Positions 1 to 12,031 of a stretch of DNA of 64,000 bases are shown here, in pieces. The notes beneath the pieces are model-generated. The model did not search any database, had not been told where the DNA came from, and was given only the letters and a program-made list of their open reading frames with translations. Source of the stretch: an uncultured Chloroflexia bacterium (GTDB taxonomy: Bacteria > Chloroflexota > Anaerolineae > Promineifilales > Promineifilaceae); contig CAVOGX010000012.1 of NCBI GenBank assembly GCA_963695505.1, positions 120,768 through 184,767 on the forward strand, in the 5' to 3' direction. The position numbers and the translations under genes are program-made. Numbering within the stretch: position 1 is the stretch's first letter; each line of letters begins with the position of its first letter.

Positions 1-255
1 AAGGCCACCCGCGAATTGGAAGTGGACATTGCGCTGCCGGACGGAGCCAGGCTAGTCACAGGACAGAAGAAGACGATGCTGGGCCAGCTTGCTGGGCGAG
101 ACGGCCAGGACAGCGCCCCCCTGTGGAACGACGACGCCACCAGCGAGCGGGCGAAAGTGGAGTGGGTGATAGAGGCTGAACCAGGGACGGAGGTGGAGAT
201 TGTCGCCAGCCACCAGCGGGCGGGCACCATCCGCCAAAGGGTGCGGTTGGAGTAA
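1..255 (+). CDS. C-terminal end of an unidentified protein (gene continues upstream of the window)
   Basis: Frame open from base 1 to the stop at 253-255. No domain is recognisable in the visible ~84 aa. Confidence 0.35.
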   Translation, partial: KATRELEVDIALPDGARLVTGQKKTMLGQLAGRDGQDSAPLWNDDATSERAKVEWVIEAEPGTEVEIVASHQRAGTIRQRVRLE

Positions 256-259
256 GGAT

Positions 260-1159
260 TTGGCGCATCAGGCGAAAGAGCACGGGGCAGCGGCGGCTTT
301 GCAAACGGCCGTTTCCGACCTGCACGTCTTCTTGCATGGGCTGCCTTCGGAAGCGTTACAGCCCAAGGCGTGGGGGCCGCGGGAGGTGTTGGCCCACCTG
401 GTTTTCTGGCTGGAGACCTACGCGACCCAGGTAGAAGCCATGCTGGCTGGCGATCCACCGCCGCGCCCTGTTGGCAGTTATGACCAGCTCAACCAGGCGG
501 CCATAGCCGCCAGCCAATCAGCCACCCTGGTAGATTTGCGGCAGCGCCACCTGGCCGCCAGTAGCCGCCTGGGTGACTTTGCCGCCAGCCACAACCCCGA
601 CACCTTGATTTTCACCCTCAAGGAGGGTTCTGCCCACCGCCGCCCGCTTTCCTGGTACATGCGCGCCGAAGCCCGGCATATCCGCCAACACCTGGCTAAA
701 CTCCAGGCCCAGCAGCAGTGGGATGGAGCAGCCGCTGGGCAAAGTTTGGCCACGGCCGTTTCCGACTTTTGTACCCTCATCACCTCTCTGCCGCCGGAAG
801 CGCTGGCAGCGCAGGCGTGGGGGCCACGTGGGGTGTTAGCGCATCTGGTTTTCTGGCACGAACGCTGGGCGCGAAATATTCAGGAAGTGTTAGCCGAACG
901 GCCGTTTAGCGGCCCATTTGGTACGGTACAGAAACTCAATGCGCTGGCCGTTGCTGAGGGGCGAAACGCTAACGTGGCTGACTTGCTGAAGGTGTTTCGC
1001 GCCGCATGCGAGCAACTGGTCCATTACGGCCGTACCGTCGACCCGCAAGCCATCGCTATTCCGCTGCGCCTGGCCCACGACCGGCGCACCCTGGATGACG
1101 TTCTCGCGGCCGCCACGGCGCACCTACAGGAGCATACCCAGGAACTTGGCGAGGTTTGA
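260..1159 (+). CDS. DinB/MDMPI-like four-helix-bundle protein, internally duplicated (two tandem domains)
   Basis: Two colinear repeats: LQTAVSDLHVFLHGLPSEALQPKAWGPREVLAHLVFW and LATAVSDFCTLITSLPPEALAAQAWGPRGVLAHLVFW. The ATG at 200 overlaps the upstream gene. TTG 260 with GGAG 7 nt upstream is more plausible, so the start is uncertain. Confidence 0.6.
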   Translation: MAHQAKEHGAAAALQTAVSDLHVFLHGLPSEALQPKAWGPREVLAHLVFWLETYATQVEAMLAGDPPPRPVGSYDQLNQAAIAASQSATLVDLRQRHLAASSRLGDFAASHNPDTLIFTLKEGSAHRRPLSWYMRAEARHIRQHLAKLQAQQQWDGAAAGQSLATAVSDFCTLITSLPPEALAAQAWGPRGVLAHLVFWHERWARNIQEVLAERPFSGPFGTVQKLNALAVAEGRNANVADLLKVFRAACEQLVHYGRTVDPQAIAIPLRLAHDRRTLDDVLAAATAHLQEHTQELGEV

Positions 1160-1197
1160 AACATGAAGTAAGGGTGAGGGTATCGCCAAAGCAGTGG

Positions 1198-1695
1198 TTA
1201 AGCATACAAGAAAGTGCCCGGATCATCTGCCCACATTTGCACCACTTTCTCAAACTGCATGCCCAGCTTCTCAATGAGCCTGATGGAGGCGGTGTTTTCG
1301 GGAACGGTGAGGGCCACAATTTGGGGGATGCCCAGAGTGGAACGGCCGTACTGTAAAACGGCCGTTGCCGCCTCGTAAGCGTACCCCTGGCGATGATAGG
1401 GCGACAGCAGGGCAAAGCCGACGTCCGTGACGTCCAGGCTGGGGCGGTAAAGCAGCCCGCACACGCCAATAGGCTCCCCACTGTCCTGCAACTCCACCAG
1501 CAACTGCCCGTAGCCCGGCCGGGGCTGGTTGGTCCACGCCCCTTCTTGAATGAAGCGTCGGGCGTCGTCCAGATTCCGCACCTCCTTGTCCCCAATGTGG
1601 GCCAGGAAAGCGGGTTCATTCACCAACCGCAGCACAAAGGCCGCGTCGTCCTTTGCCAACTTGCGCAGCCGCAGCCGCTTTGTTTCTAAAATCAT
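1198..1695 (-). CDS. GNAT family N-acetyltransferase (RimJ/RimL-like)
   Basis: 165 aa. MILETKRLRLRKL N-terminus and acetyl-CoA motif region SPYHRQGYAYEAATAVL are typical of RimJ-type GNATs. Confidence 0.8.
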   Translation of the reverse strand: MILETKRLRLRKLAKDDAAFVLRLVNEPAFLAHIGDKEVRNLDDARRFIQEGAWTNQPRPGYGQLLVELQDSGEPIGVCGLLYRPSLDVTDVGFALLSPYHRQGYAYEAATAVLQYGRSTLGIPQIVALTVPENTASIRLIEKLGMQFEKVVQMWADDPGTFLYA

Positions 1696-1809
1696 AATTT
1701 ATTCGTACTCTCAGGCTCGTTCCTAACGGTTTGCGGTACCGATTTCGCATATTGTTTTCGGAAAACGCGATGCTGGTGGCAATATGTTTTGTGAAACAAT
1801 CCTATAGTT

Positions 1810-2346
1810 CTACTGTTGGCTAAACTCTGGGCGCAATAAGCCATACATGATTCGATCCCAGCGTCGGCCATCACAGAAAATCGCTTCTCGTTCCTGCCCT
1901 TCTCGAACAAAACCACACTTTTCCAGGATTCGCTGGGCTGCCAGGTTATGGTTTGCCGTTTCTGCGCTCACGCGGTGCAAATCCAAATGCTGGAAGGCGT
2001 AACGCAGGAGTGTCACGGTCGCGTCCTTGCCATAGCCTTGCCCGCGGTTGACTTGCCGCGCAATACCCAATCCAATCTTAGCCGTACGCTGCCGCCAGTC
2101 GATGTGAGCAAGTTGGATGTCACCCAACAATTTACCGTCGTGGGTGAAAACGCCCAAATAGACATGCTGCTTTCCTTGCCCAGCTTGCATCTCCTCAAAC
2201 CATTTTTCAGCACCTTCAATGGATAACCCTGGGTTTAGCGGTTCGGTGGGTAAAGGCGCAGTTGGTTCATACGCCGCCCACAATTCTTTGCAATGCTCTC
2301 GTTCCAGTGTACGCAAAACAATTTTCTCGCCCGGTAATTCAATCAT
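1810..2346 (-). CDS. GNAT family N-acetyltransferase (RimJ/RimL-like)
   Basis: IELPGEKIVLRTLEREH... and GIARQVNRGQGYGKDATVTLL motifs. The internal ATG at 2346 has a GAGAGG SD; the ORF-track start at 2406 is less likely. Confidence 0.75.
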   Translation of the reverse strand: MIELPGEKIVLRTLEREHCKELWAAYEPTAPLPTEPLNPGLSIEGAEKWFEEMQAGQGKQHVYLGVFTHDGKLLGDIQLAHIDWRQRTAKIGLGIARQVNRGQGYGKDATVTLLRYAFQHLDLHRVSAETANHNLAAQRILEKCGFVREGQEREAIFCDGRRWDRIMYGLLRPEFSQQ

Positions 2347-2612
2347 TACACACACCTCTCGCTTTAGGACACTGCCTGACCCATTATCGCCCAATTCGCA
2401 GATCAACGGGCAACATATAAACCAGCTTTAGGGGCAGAACATAAAGCGGGATTCGAGAACCAAATATTAATGATATAACCGCTGTCAGTCAGCGTGTTGG
2501 CAGCAAGCGCTGGTTAGGCGCTGCTATCCGTCTCGCATAATGCTGGGCTTCATTATAACTGGCCCTCGGCAACTCTACCGCTGCTAAAATATCGTATCGC
2601 TACGTAACGACT

Positions 2613-3290
2613 TCACTCATCACTTTTAATAACCGTAGGTAGAAAGGTTGCACCAGGAGGGGCTTGATAGTAAATGCGAAAACCACACACCTGCGTATCA
2701 TTGCCCAGGTCATAAGGGCGCCAGTTGATGACATACGAATAGTTTAGGTAGTCGACCGTATGGGTAAATTCGCTGGTGGTGCCGTAGCCATTGCCGCTTT
2801 CACCGCTCGAATTGACCCCCCATTCGCTTACGATGGTGCCATACAAGTCATAAACAGTTAACCACGCAGACGAATTATAGGTGGCATTTGTGTCAAAGTA
2901 GTACATGCGCACATACTTCACCGTCGCACCCTGCGGCAGATACACCGGTGCGTTGAACACCGCATACGTACTGCCGCTGGAAGCGTAGATGCAGCCACCG
3001 CCACCGGCGCCAGTCCACTCCACATTGCTTTCCCGCGGCTTCAGCGCCGACCCCGAAATGCGTAGGGATGCGTTATAGGTGGCGGCCGTTTCGTCCACGG
3101 CACCAATGCTCTCAAGCTGGTCAGGCAAGCTTTGTACTTGCACCCCTTCCGGAATAGGTGCGCTGCTCAGCCAGATAGAGGTTTGGTCATCGTTCACTGG
3201 CGCCTGAGCCCAGCCGATGCCGCTGATGACCATGACTACACACAATAATCCCAGGGTTGCAGCCCCTAATAGCGCCAGGAACTTCTTCAT
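2613..3290 (-). CDS. Secreted hypothetical protein
   Basis: Signal peptide MKKFLALLGAATLGLLCVVMVISGIGWAQA. Asn/Tyr/Gly-rich beta-type sequence with no recognised domain. Confidence 0.6.
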   Translation of the reverse strand: MKKFLALLGAATLGLLCVVMVISGIGWAQAPVNDDQTSIWLSSAPIPEGVQVQSLPDQLESIGAVDETAATYNASLRISGSALKPRESNVEWTGAGGGGCIYASSGSTYAVFNAPVYLPQGATVKYVRMYYFDTNATYNSSAWLTVYDLYGTIVSEWGVNSSGESGNGYGTTSEFTHTVDYLNYSYVINWRPYDLGNDTQVCGFRIYYQAPPGATFLPTVIKSDE

Positions 3291-3725
3291 TGCAATCTTC
3301 CTTTTGCTCTGCTTAATCTGCCTCTAGCCCTGGCGGGCATGGTCTAAAGCCTAGTGCCCTACCCGAGCAATCACATTAAACAAAGCACTCAAAGCATGAG
3401 GGAGGATGCCCCTCCTGCTCAAACCCACTTTTATTAACCTGCATGCTTGTGGAAAAAGCTCACCAGTCAGCGAGAATGTGCGATCACAAGTGAAGGGTGA
3501 AGATAGAAAGCATGGTATCGACCTGCGTAACGGCCGTCTGACTCCCGCATCATGGGCCAAAACATACGCGCGCCCATGTGTTGGTATGGCTCTTGCCCAC
3601 ATTTGCAGGATAGCATACCCTTCATTTCCCGGTCAATTGCCTGGAGTTATCGTGCTGCAACGGCCGTTTTCATCCTCACCCAATCCCACATCGCACCATC
3701 GCCCATTTCCCGCTAAAATAACCTC

Positions 3726-6008
3726 ATGGATATTTTGCATGGACTCAACGACGCGCAGAAAACGGCCGTTTCCGCCCCACCTGGCCCCGTTCTCGTCTTG
3801 GCCGGACCGGGCAGCGGCAAAACCCGCGTCCTCACCCACCGCATCGTCTACCTCATCCGCGAAGCTAAACGTCGCCCCCTGGCACATCCTGGCCGTCACC
3901 TTCACCAACAAGGCCGCCCGCGAAATGAACCAGCGCATCGAGCAGATGTCTGGACGGCCGTCCACGCGGCCTGATGATGGGCACCTTCCACTCCACCTGC
4001 GCCCGCATCTTGCGCCGCGAAACCGACAACCTGACCTACTACGAGCAACGATTTCGTCATCTTCGACACCGCCGACCAACAGCAGGTGGTGAAGCAAGCC
4101 CTCAAAGACCTGAACCTGGACGACAAAAAGTTCCCGCCCAACAAGATGCTCAACGGCATCAGCAGCGCCAAGAATGAACTGGTGACGCCCAGGAATTATA
4201 CACGCCACCAACTACATCGCCGCCGTCACGCGGCGTGTTTACGAGCGCTACCAGGACATTTTGCACGCCAACAACGCCATGGACTTTGACGATTTGCTGA
4301 TGAACACCGTGCTTGCTCTTTGACGAACGCCCCGACGTGCTGCAAAAGTACCAGCAGCAGTACCAGCACATCCTGGTAGACGAGTTTCAGGACACCAACA
4401 CGGCCCAATACGCGCTGCTCAAGCGGCTGGCGGTCGGCCATCAACAACATTTTTGTCGTCGGCGACAGCGACCAATCCATTTACAAATGGCGCGGCGCCG
4501 ACTTACCGCAACATCAATCGCTTCCGCGAGAAATTACCCGGAGGCGCAACAAATTTTGCTGGAGCAAAACTACCGCTCCACGCAGATTATTCTGGACGCG
4601 GCCAAGGCGGTCATTCAGCATAACAGCAACCGCGTCCACAAAGATTTGTTCACCGAGCGGCAGGGGGGCGACCTCATCGTCGTGCGGGAAGCGTATAACG
4701 ACGGGAGGAGGCGGAAACCATTGTGAGCACGATTCAATCTGCTCCTGCTGGACGGCTATTCCCCCAGCGATTTTGCCGTCATGTACCGCACCAACGCCCA
4801 ATCCCGCGCCCTGGAAGAAGCCTTTGTCCGCGCCAGCATGCCCTACCGGCTGGTGGGGGCCACCCAATTTTATAAGCGGCGCGAGGTGAAAGACGTGATT
4901 GCCTATTTGCGACTGGTGCATAATCCGGCCGATTCGGTCAGCTTCAACCGTATCATCAACACCCCCACGCGCGGCATTGGCACCAAAACCTGCAAACGCT
5001 GAACTGCCTGGGCGCAGCAAATGGGCTGGCTGCCAGCGGAAGCGCTAATGAAGCTGGCCTTGACCCGGACGTACAGCATCCGTTTAACGGCCGTGCCTTC
5101 AACGCCCTGAGCGACTTTGGCGAGATGTACTCGATGCCTGGATCACGCTGCACGAGCAGGAAATCAGCGTCGGCGAACTGATGGACACCATTTTGGAGCA
5201 AACCGGCTACCGCGAATACATCGAAGACAGCGCCAAAGACAGCGACGAGTACGTGGACCGCTGGGCCAACGTGATGGAACTGCGCAACACGGCCGCAGAA
5301 GACGGCCGTTTCCCTCACCGAATTCCTGGAACATGTCGGCCCTGGTCTCCGAAACCGACAACGTGGAAGAGGGCATTGCCGCCACCACGCTGCTCACCCT
5401 GCACGCCGCCAAAGGGCTGGAGTTTCCGGTCGTCTTCATCGTTGGGCTGGAGGATGGCATTCTGCCCCACAGCCGCTCGCTGGACGACCCGCGACGACCT
5501 GGACGAGGAGCGCCGCCTCTTTTACGTGGGCATCACTCGCGCCATGGACCGCCTTTACCTCTCCCACGCCTTCCGGCGCACGGTGTGGGGCCAGCCGGAC
5601 GTGGCTGTGCCCTCCCGCTTTTTGCGCGAGATTCCCGATGACCTGCTGGCGGGGGCCAGCGCTAAAGCGCGGCGGCAGCAAACGAAAACGCGGGCCAGCA
5701 GTTGGAATTGGTCTGCCCAAGCTACACCCACCACCCGGTCAACCAGAAACAGCAGGCAGCAACAGGAACGGCCGTTGCCCCGCTCCCGCTCATTGCCCAC
5801 GCCCAATACCTATGATGAACCCACGCCGCCAGCCCCCAGCGGTCCCAGATTCCACACCGGGCAGCGCGTGCGCCACGCCAAATTCGGCGAAGGCACCGTC
5901 ATCGACAGCAAAGTCGTCGGCAATGACGAAGAAGTCCACGTCGCCTTTGCCGGGGAAGGGGTCAAGCGTCTGGCCGCCTCCTTTGCCAAACTCGAAATTC
6001 TTGATTAG
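3726..6008 (+). pseudogene. pcrA: UvrD/PcrA-type ATP-dependent DNA helicase, broken into at least 8 frame pieces as assembled
   Basis: Helicase motifs appear in the correct order across ORFs 3726-3974, 3406-4092, 3974-4177, 4086-4289, 4313-4726, 4781-5002, 5117-5641 and 5181-6008: [61 protein letters not shown] and a C-terminal Tudor-like tail GQRVRHAKFGEGTV. Confidence 0.9.
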
Positions 6009-6022
6009 CCTATTCACAAAAC

Positions 6023-6910
6023 ATGCACTATCTCATCGACGGCCATAACCTCATCGGCAAGCTGCCGGACATCAAGCTCAGCGATTCTGACGACGAGATT
6101 CGCCTGATTTTGCGCCTGAAGGGGTGGGTATCCGGCCACAAACAGCGCCAGGTGACGGTAGTTTTTGATGGCGGTATAACCGGCGGCATTTCGCACCGCC
6201 TTTCCACTAAAGCCATTACCGTGGTCTTTGCGCCGCAGGGCAAAACGGCCGACGATTTGCTCATTCAGCGGCTCAAGCGGCTGCGCAATCCGCGCAATTA
6301 CACTCTGGTCAGCAGCGACCGCCGCATTTTGGATGCGGCCAAAATTGCGCGCATCAAGCACCTGAAGTCGGAAGAGTTCATTACCCAGTTGGGCTTTGTC
6401 TTCCGCGAGGAGCCCAAACCGCCTGCGAAAACTGTCCCCGTTGCCTCGCCGCCTGACGCTGAAAAAGCGGATGACCCGCAAATCAGCGATGCCGAGGTGG
6501 ACGAATGGCTGAACCTCTTTGGCCCTGCCCCTAAATCGCAGCCGAAACGCCGGCGCGGATCTTACAGCGTGCTGCGCAAACAGGGGGAAGAGACCACGCC
6601 AGAAGCGGAGTCGCAGCCAGAGGAGCGCCGCCCGCTAACGCCGGAAGAGTTTGCGGCTATGGCGGAGTCGGACAACCCGGAGCTGGATGAGGCAGAGGTG
6701 GCAGAATGGCTGGCGCTGTTTGGCGGGGAGCAGGCGGGCAAGAAACGGCCGTCCATTACCTCCAAGCCCACCAAATCCCAATCCGTGCGCCAAAAAGAAG
6801 AGAAACCCGCCGCCTCTGGCCGCCTGACCACCATGAAAGACGCCCCGCGCAAGCTGAGCCAGGACGAAGTAGACGAGTGGCTGCAGCTTTTTGGCGGGGA
6901 CGCCGAGTAA
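6023..6910 (+). CDS. NYN/YacP-like (Rae1-type) RNase domain protein with a repetitive acidic C-terminal tail
   Basis: N-terminus MHYLIDGHNLIGKLP...VTVVFDGG...TADDLLIQR matches the YacP/NYN fold. The tail carries 3 copies of an EV(D/A)EWLxLFG motif. Confidence 0.7.
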   Translation: MHYLIDGHNLIGKLPDIKLSDSDDEIRLILRLKGWVSGHKQRQVTVVFDGGITGGISHRLSTKAITVVFAPQGKTADDLLIQRLKRLRNPRNYTLVSSDRRILDAAKIARIKHLKSEEFITQLGFVFREEPKPPAKTVPVASPPDAEKADDPQISDAEVDEWLNLFGPAPKSQPKRRRGSYSVLRKQGEETTPEAESQPEERRPLTPEEFAAMAESDNPELDEAEVAEWLALFGGEQAGKKRPSITSKPTKSQSVRQKEEKPAASGRLTTMKDAPRKLSQDEVDEWLQLFGGDAE

Positions 6911-6976
6911 TTAAAAGGGCGCACCTTTGATAGGTACGCCCTTCGTTGCGGGAATGGGAAATGTGGGAAACGGCCG

Positions 6977-8479
6977 TTACGCCATCTCTGCCGCCGCTAA
7001 CTCCTTCAACAGCCCTACCCGCTCGTTAAACGCATCAATCAGCGCGTCCATCTCATCCACGTGGCCGTGAATGCTCGTCCAGTAATTCGGATCATACCAC
7101 TGAGCCTGAATTTCTTCGTAGGTCTTGCCTTGCTGCTCGACCCAGGTGAAATACTTCAGGTTGTGGACCCGCTTGCGGTCCACGTAGGTCAGTTCCTGCA
7201 TATTGTCCGTCGTTTCGCCCAGCAGATAGCGTTGGAAGACGCCAGCCGCATCCAGTTCGCTGAATTCGCCTTCTTCTTCGGTGCAGTTCTACCAGCCGGC
7301 TCTGGTACATTTCCATCGAGTCGGTAGCGACGGTGATGATCACATCATTGCCGTCCATTTCATAATATTTGGCCGTCTTGATGGCCGCCAGCACATTGGC
7401 CATGCTGGAGATGCCCAACAGCGGCAGGTCGGCGACCAATTCCGGATCTACGCCCTGGCTGACCAGATATTCTTGCCCCGCCGGTTCGTTGAAGAGGCGG
7501 ATCAGGCCCATCGTGGCATTGTCGTCAATGGCCGTGACGATGTCGGTGTTCTTGACGTTGTGAATCCAGGGCACGTGCTTGTCGCCAATGCCTTCGATGC
7601 GGTGCGCGCCAAAGCCGTTGTTGAGCAAGGTGGGGCATTGCAGCGCTTCGCTGGCCACGATTTTGCTGTGCGGGGAACTGCTCTTTCATGTAGTCGCCAC
7701 AGGCAATGGTGCCGCCGGAACCGGTGTTGGAGACGGTGGCGCGGAAGCGGTCACCTGCGCCCATGACCTCGCCCAGAACTTCCATCATGGCCCGGCCGGT
7801 GACTTCGTAATGCCACAGGTAGTTGCCAAACTCTTCAAACTGGTTGAAGATGACCAGATCTTGCCCGGAGCGGCGCAGTTCCCAGCATTTGTCAAAGATT
7901 TCCTTGACGTTGCTTTCTGAGCCGGGGGTCTTGATGGTTTCGCCAGCCACCGATGGCCAGCCAGTCAAACCGTTCCTTGCTCATGCCTTCGGGCAAAATG
8001 GCGATGGATTCGCAGGCCAGCAGGTTGGAGTCGTATGCGCCGCCGCGGCAGTAGTTGCCGGTGGTGGGCCAGACCGCTTTTTGGGTGGTGGGGTCAAATT
8101 GGCCGGTGACCAGACGGGGCACCAGACAGCCAAAAGCCGCGCCGACTTTGTGCGCGCCGGTGGGGAACCATTTGCCCAGCAGAACGACGATGCGGGCATC
8201 GACGCCGGTCAGTTCTTTGGGCAGTTCCAGGTAGTTGACGCCGCCAAATTTGCCGCCGCTTTCTTTGGGCTCGTTGTGCCAGGTGATGCGGAACAGGTTC
8301 AGCGGGTTCAAATCCCACAAGCCGACATCTTCCAGCTTCTCCTTGATGGCGTCAGGAATCAGGTTCGGGTTGATCATCTGCTTGAAGGTGGGGATGATAA
8401 TATTTTGTTCGCGGGCGCGCTGAATGGCGCGTTCCAGCTTGGCTTCATCGTGAATGGTTAAATCAATTAAATCGCTCAT
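6977..8479 (-). pseudogene. Fold-type II PLP-dependent enzyme (cysteine synthase-like, ~490 aa), 3 frameshifts as assembled
   Basis: Pieces 7892-8479, 7525-7968, 7092-7658 and 6977-7201 are colinear. PLP-lysine region FPTGAHKVGAAF and phosphate loop SNTGSGGT are present. Confidence 0.75.
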
Positions 8480-8491
8480 GATTTTTCCTTG

Positions 8492-8549
8492 TAGAGAGAC
8501 TGGTGATTGAGGAATTGATTGCGGTATATCTCCAGTCTCTAATTTCTAA
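8492..8549. repeat. Imperfect hairpin built from short tandem units in an operon spacer
   Basis: tagagagactggtgat ... atctccagtctcta arms lie between the thrC-like stop (8550) and the PLP-enzyme start (8479). Confidence 0.6.
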
Positions 8550-9814
8550 TCATCCGATTTCTTGCATAACCTGCTTCAGGCTATCCAAATTTGGCTCCAC
8601 CCGGTTGGGTTTTGTGCCCACCATTTCGACTGATTTCATGGCGCCGGCGACATCTTTCAGGCCGTTGCCGGTGTTGAGGACGACAATGCGGTCGTCGGCG
8701 CGACACCAGCCCCAGTTCGACCGCTTTGACCAGGCCGGCGTAGGCGGCCGCTCCGGCCGGTTCGGCAAAGACGCCGGTGCCGCGGGCCAGGGCGGGAATG
8801 GCGGCCAGGATTTCGTCGTCGGTGACGCTGATGTAAGCGCCGTTGGTTTCGGTAACGGCCGCTAACGCTTTAATGCGGTCTCGCGGCAGCCCGGCGCTGA
8901 TGCTGTCGGCGACGGTGACGCCGGAGACGGGCGCTTTGGTCAGCACATCTTCGCCGTCTGCGCCACGCTTCGTACATGAAGGCGCTGCCTTCGGCCTGCA
9001 CGCCGATAGATGCGCGGCATGTGGTCAATCCAGCCCAGGGCCAGCAAATCTTTCAGCCCTTTGTGCAGCCCGCCGATGATGCAGCCATCGCCCACGCTGA
9101 CGAAGATGACATCGGGGGCGTTCCAGTCGAGCTGTTCACAAATTTCGTAAACGGCCGTTTTCTTGCCCTCGGTCATGTACGGATTGTAGGCGGTATTGCG
9201 GTTGTACCAGCCGTACTCGGCCGCCGCTTCCAGACACAGCTCAAAGGCGTCATCATAGGTGCCTTTGACCAGCATCACCGTCGAGCCAAAGACCAGCAGT
9301 TGGGCGATTTTGGCCTGCGGCGCGGATTCCGGCACAAAGATGACGTTGGGCTGCTTCGACGCTGGCGCAGATGCCGCTCAGGGCGGCGGCGGCGTTGCCG
9401 GTGCTGGCCGTGGTGATGATCTCGGCCCCTTTTTCCTGCGCTTTGACCACAGCGATGGCGCTGGCACGGTCTTTGAAGGAGGCGGTCGGTAAACGGCCGT
9501 CATCCTTCACCCACACATGCTTCAACCCCAATTCCGCCGCCAGCCGGTCCGCCTCGTACAGCGGCGTCCCGCCAACCGTCAGCGGCGGCACCGGCGCATC
9601 CGGCTGCAACCGGCAGCAGCGGCTTGTAGCGCCAGATCGTGTGATCCGGGTTCTCGGCCAGGCTTTCCCGGCTGATGCGCTGTCCAATTAGTTCATAATC
9701 GTAGCGCACATCAACAATGCCTTCGTTGCCGTGATCGGGGCAAATATACTCAATTTCATCCGGGGCATATTCTTTGCCGCAGATGAGACATTTAAGGTGT
9801 TTTACGTGATCCAT
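8550..9814 (-). pseudogene. thrC: Threonine synthase-like PLP enzyme, about 4 frameshifts as assembled
   Basis: Zn-ribbon N-terminus KCLICGKEY...CPDHG, PLP lysine motif PTASFKDRAS and STGNAAAALS. Colinear pieces are 9500-9814, 9253-9687, 8940-9335, 8581-8946 and 8550-8768. Confidence 0.8.
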
Positions 9815-9828
9815 AGTTCTCTCTTCCT

Positions 9829-9892
9829 CGTGAAACGTGAAGTCGTGATACGTGATTGACTACTTTTCACGTATCACATATTACGTTTCACG
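9829..9892. repeat. Long imperfect hairpin of (CGTGAAA/CGTGATA)-type tandem units in an operon spacer
   Basis: cgtgaaacgtgaagtcgtgatacgtga ... tcacgtatcacatattacgtttcacg, with ~26-nt arms, between the arcC stop and the thrC-like start. Confidence 0.7.
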
Positions 9893-10849
9893 TTTTAAGG
9901 TTCAATAAATGTTCCTGTCTCGCCGCGCAGGGCGCGGGCAATATTGGCGGGTCGGTGATGAGGGCTTTTTTGCCGCCATTTTCCAGGAAGTTGATCACCG
10001 CTTCAATCTTCGGAGCCATGCTGCCTTTGGCGAAATGCATGCCTTCGGCCAGATATTGTTTGGCTTCAGCCAGGGTCATGTGATCCAGCCATTTTTCGTT
10101 TGGTTTGCCAAAGTTGAGGGCGACTTTTTCAACGGCCGTACTGATCAACAACAAGTCTGCACCAATCTGCTGCGCCAGCAGCGCGCTGGCCCGATCCTTG
10201 TCAATGACAGCATACACGCCGCTCAGTTCGCGCAGTTCCCCTTTCTGATTCTGCACCACTGGAATGCCACCGCCGCCTACAGCAATGACGATATTGCCGG
10301 CGTTGGTCAGCGTCTGGATGGCATCCTGCTCCACGACTTCCAGAGGCATGGGTGAAGCGACCACACGCCGCCAGCCGCGGCCGGCATCTTCCACGACTTG
10401 CCAGCCTTCCGTCTCAAACTCTGCGCGCTTCTGCTTCTTCCATAAAACTACCAATGGGCTTCGTCGGGTTCTTGAAATCCGGGATCATCCCGGTCAACCA
10501 ACACCTGGGTTACGACGGAAACAACCGGCTTATCAATGCCCCGGCTGTTCAACTCATTGCGCAGTGCCTGCTGCAGCATGTAGCCAATGGAGCCTTGTGT
10601 ATCTGCGCCGATAATGTCCAGCGGCGTTGGGTGCACTTCATGCGCGGCCAATTCGTTGCGGCGCAAAATGTAGCCAACCTGCGGCCCATTGCCATGCGTC
10701 ACCACCAGCGTCCAGCCATCTTCAATCATATCGGCCAGATGGCGGCACGTTTCACGCACCGCATCCCATTGATGGGGCACGTCGGGATTGTTTTTATCTG
10801 TAATTAATGAATTGCCGCCAACAGCAACGACGGCCAATTTTTTACTCAT
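9888..10849 (-). pseudogene. arcC: Carbamate kinase, 2 frameshifts as assembled
   Basis: MSKKLAVVAVGGNSL...VTHGNGPQVG and IAVGGGGIPV motifs. The break is near 10450. The native C-terminus ANIARALRGETGTFIEP is recovered in another frame and ends at 9895. Confidence 0.85.
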
Positions 10850-10866
10850 AGTGGGAATCCTCCAGG

Positions 10867-10950
10867 ATTGTCAATGGTTCAATGGTCAATTGCCAATTCT
10901 CAGTGAGGAGCCGTTGACAATTGACCATTGGCTTATTAGCAATTGACAAT
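10867..10950. repeat. Heptamer-tract palindrome (ATTGTCA/ATGGTTC/AATGGTC ... GACAATT/GACCATT)
   Basis: 7-nt periodic arms of opposite polarity fill the spacer between the YgeW-like stop (10951) and the arcC start. Confidence 0.7.
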
Positions 10951-11934
<984 letters not shown>

Positions 11935-11951
11935 TTTTAGTCTCCTTGAAT

Positions 11952-12030
11952 CTGTCAGCTCGTCAGTAGTCTCAGTCAGTCAGCGCCAGATAGCTGAATG
12001 CTGACAATGACTACTTGACTAATTGACTGC
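11952..12030. repeat. Tandem-unit palindrome (GTCAGC/GTCAGT ... GCTGA/TTGAC units)
   Basis: Fills the spacer between the ATCase-like stop (12032) and the YgeW-like start (11934). Confidence 0.65.
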
Positions 12031-12031
12031 T

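Noticed and set aside
3406-4092. 228-aa ORF beginning in the pcrA upstream region
   Set aside because: Only its 3' third ([22 protein letters not shown]) is real, as one frame piece of pcrA. The upstream part is read-through of the intergenic region.
3726-6008. Genuine pseudogenisation of pcrA and of the other frameshifted core genes (rodA, arcC, ade)
   Set aside because: There are no premature-stop substitutions or motif decay. The breaks are fixed by single-base changes in short homopolymers, and losing pcrA and rodA together is implausible. Assembly indel error is the more economical explanation, although it remains unverified.
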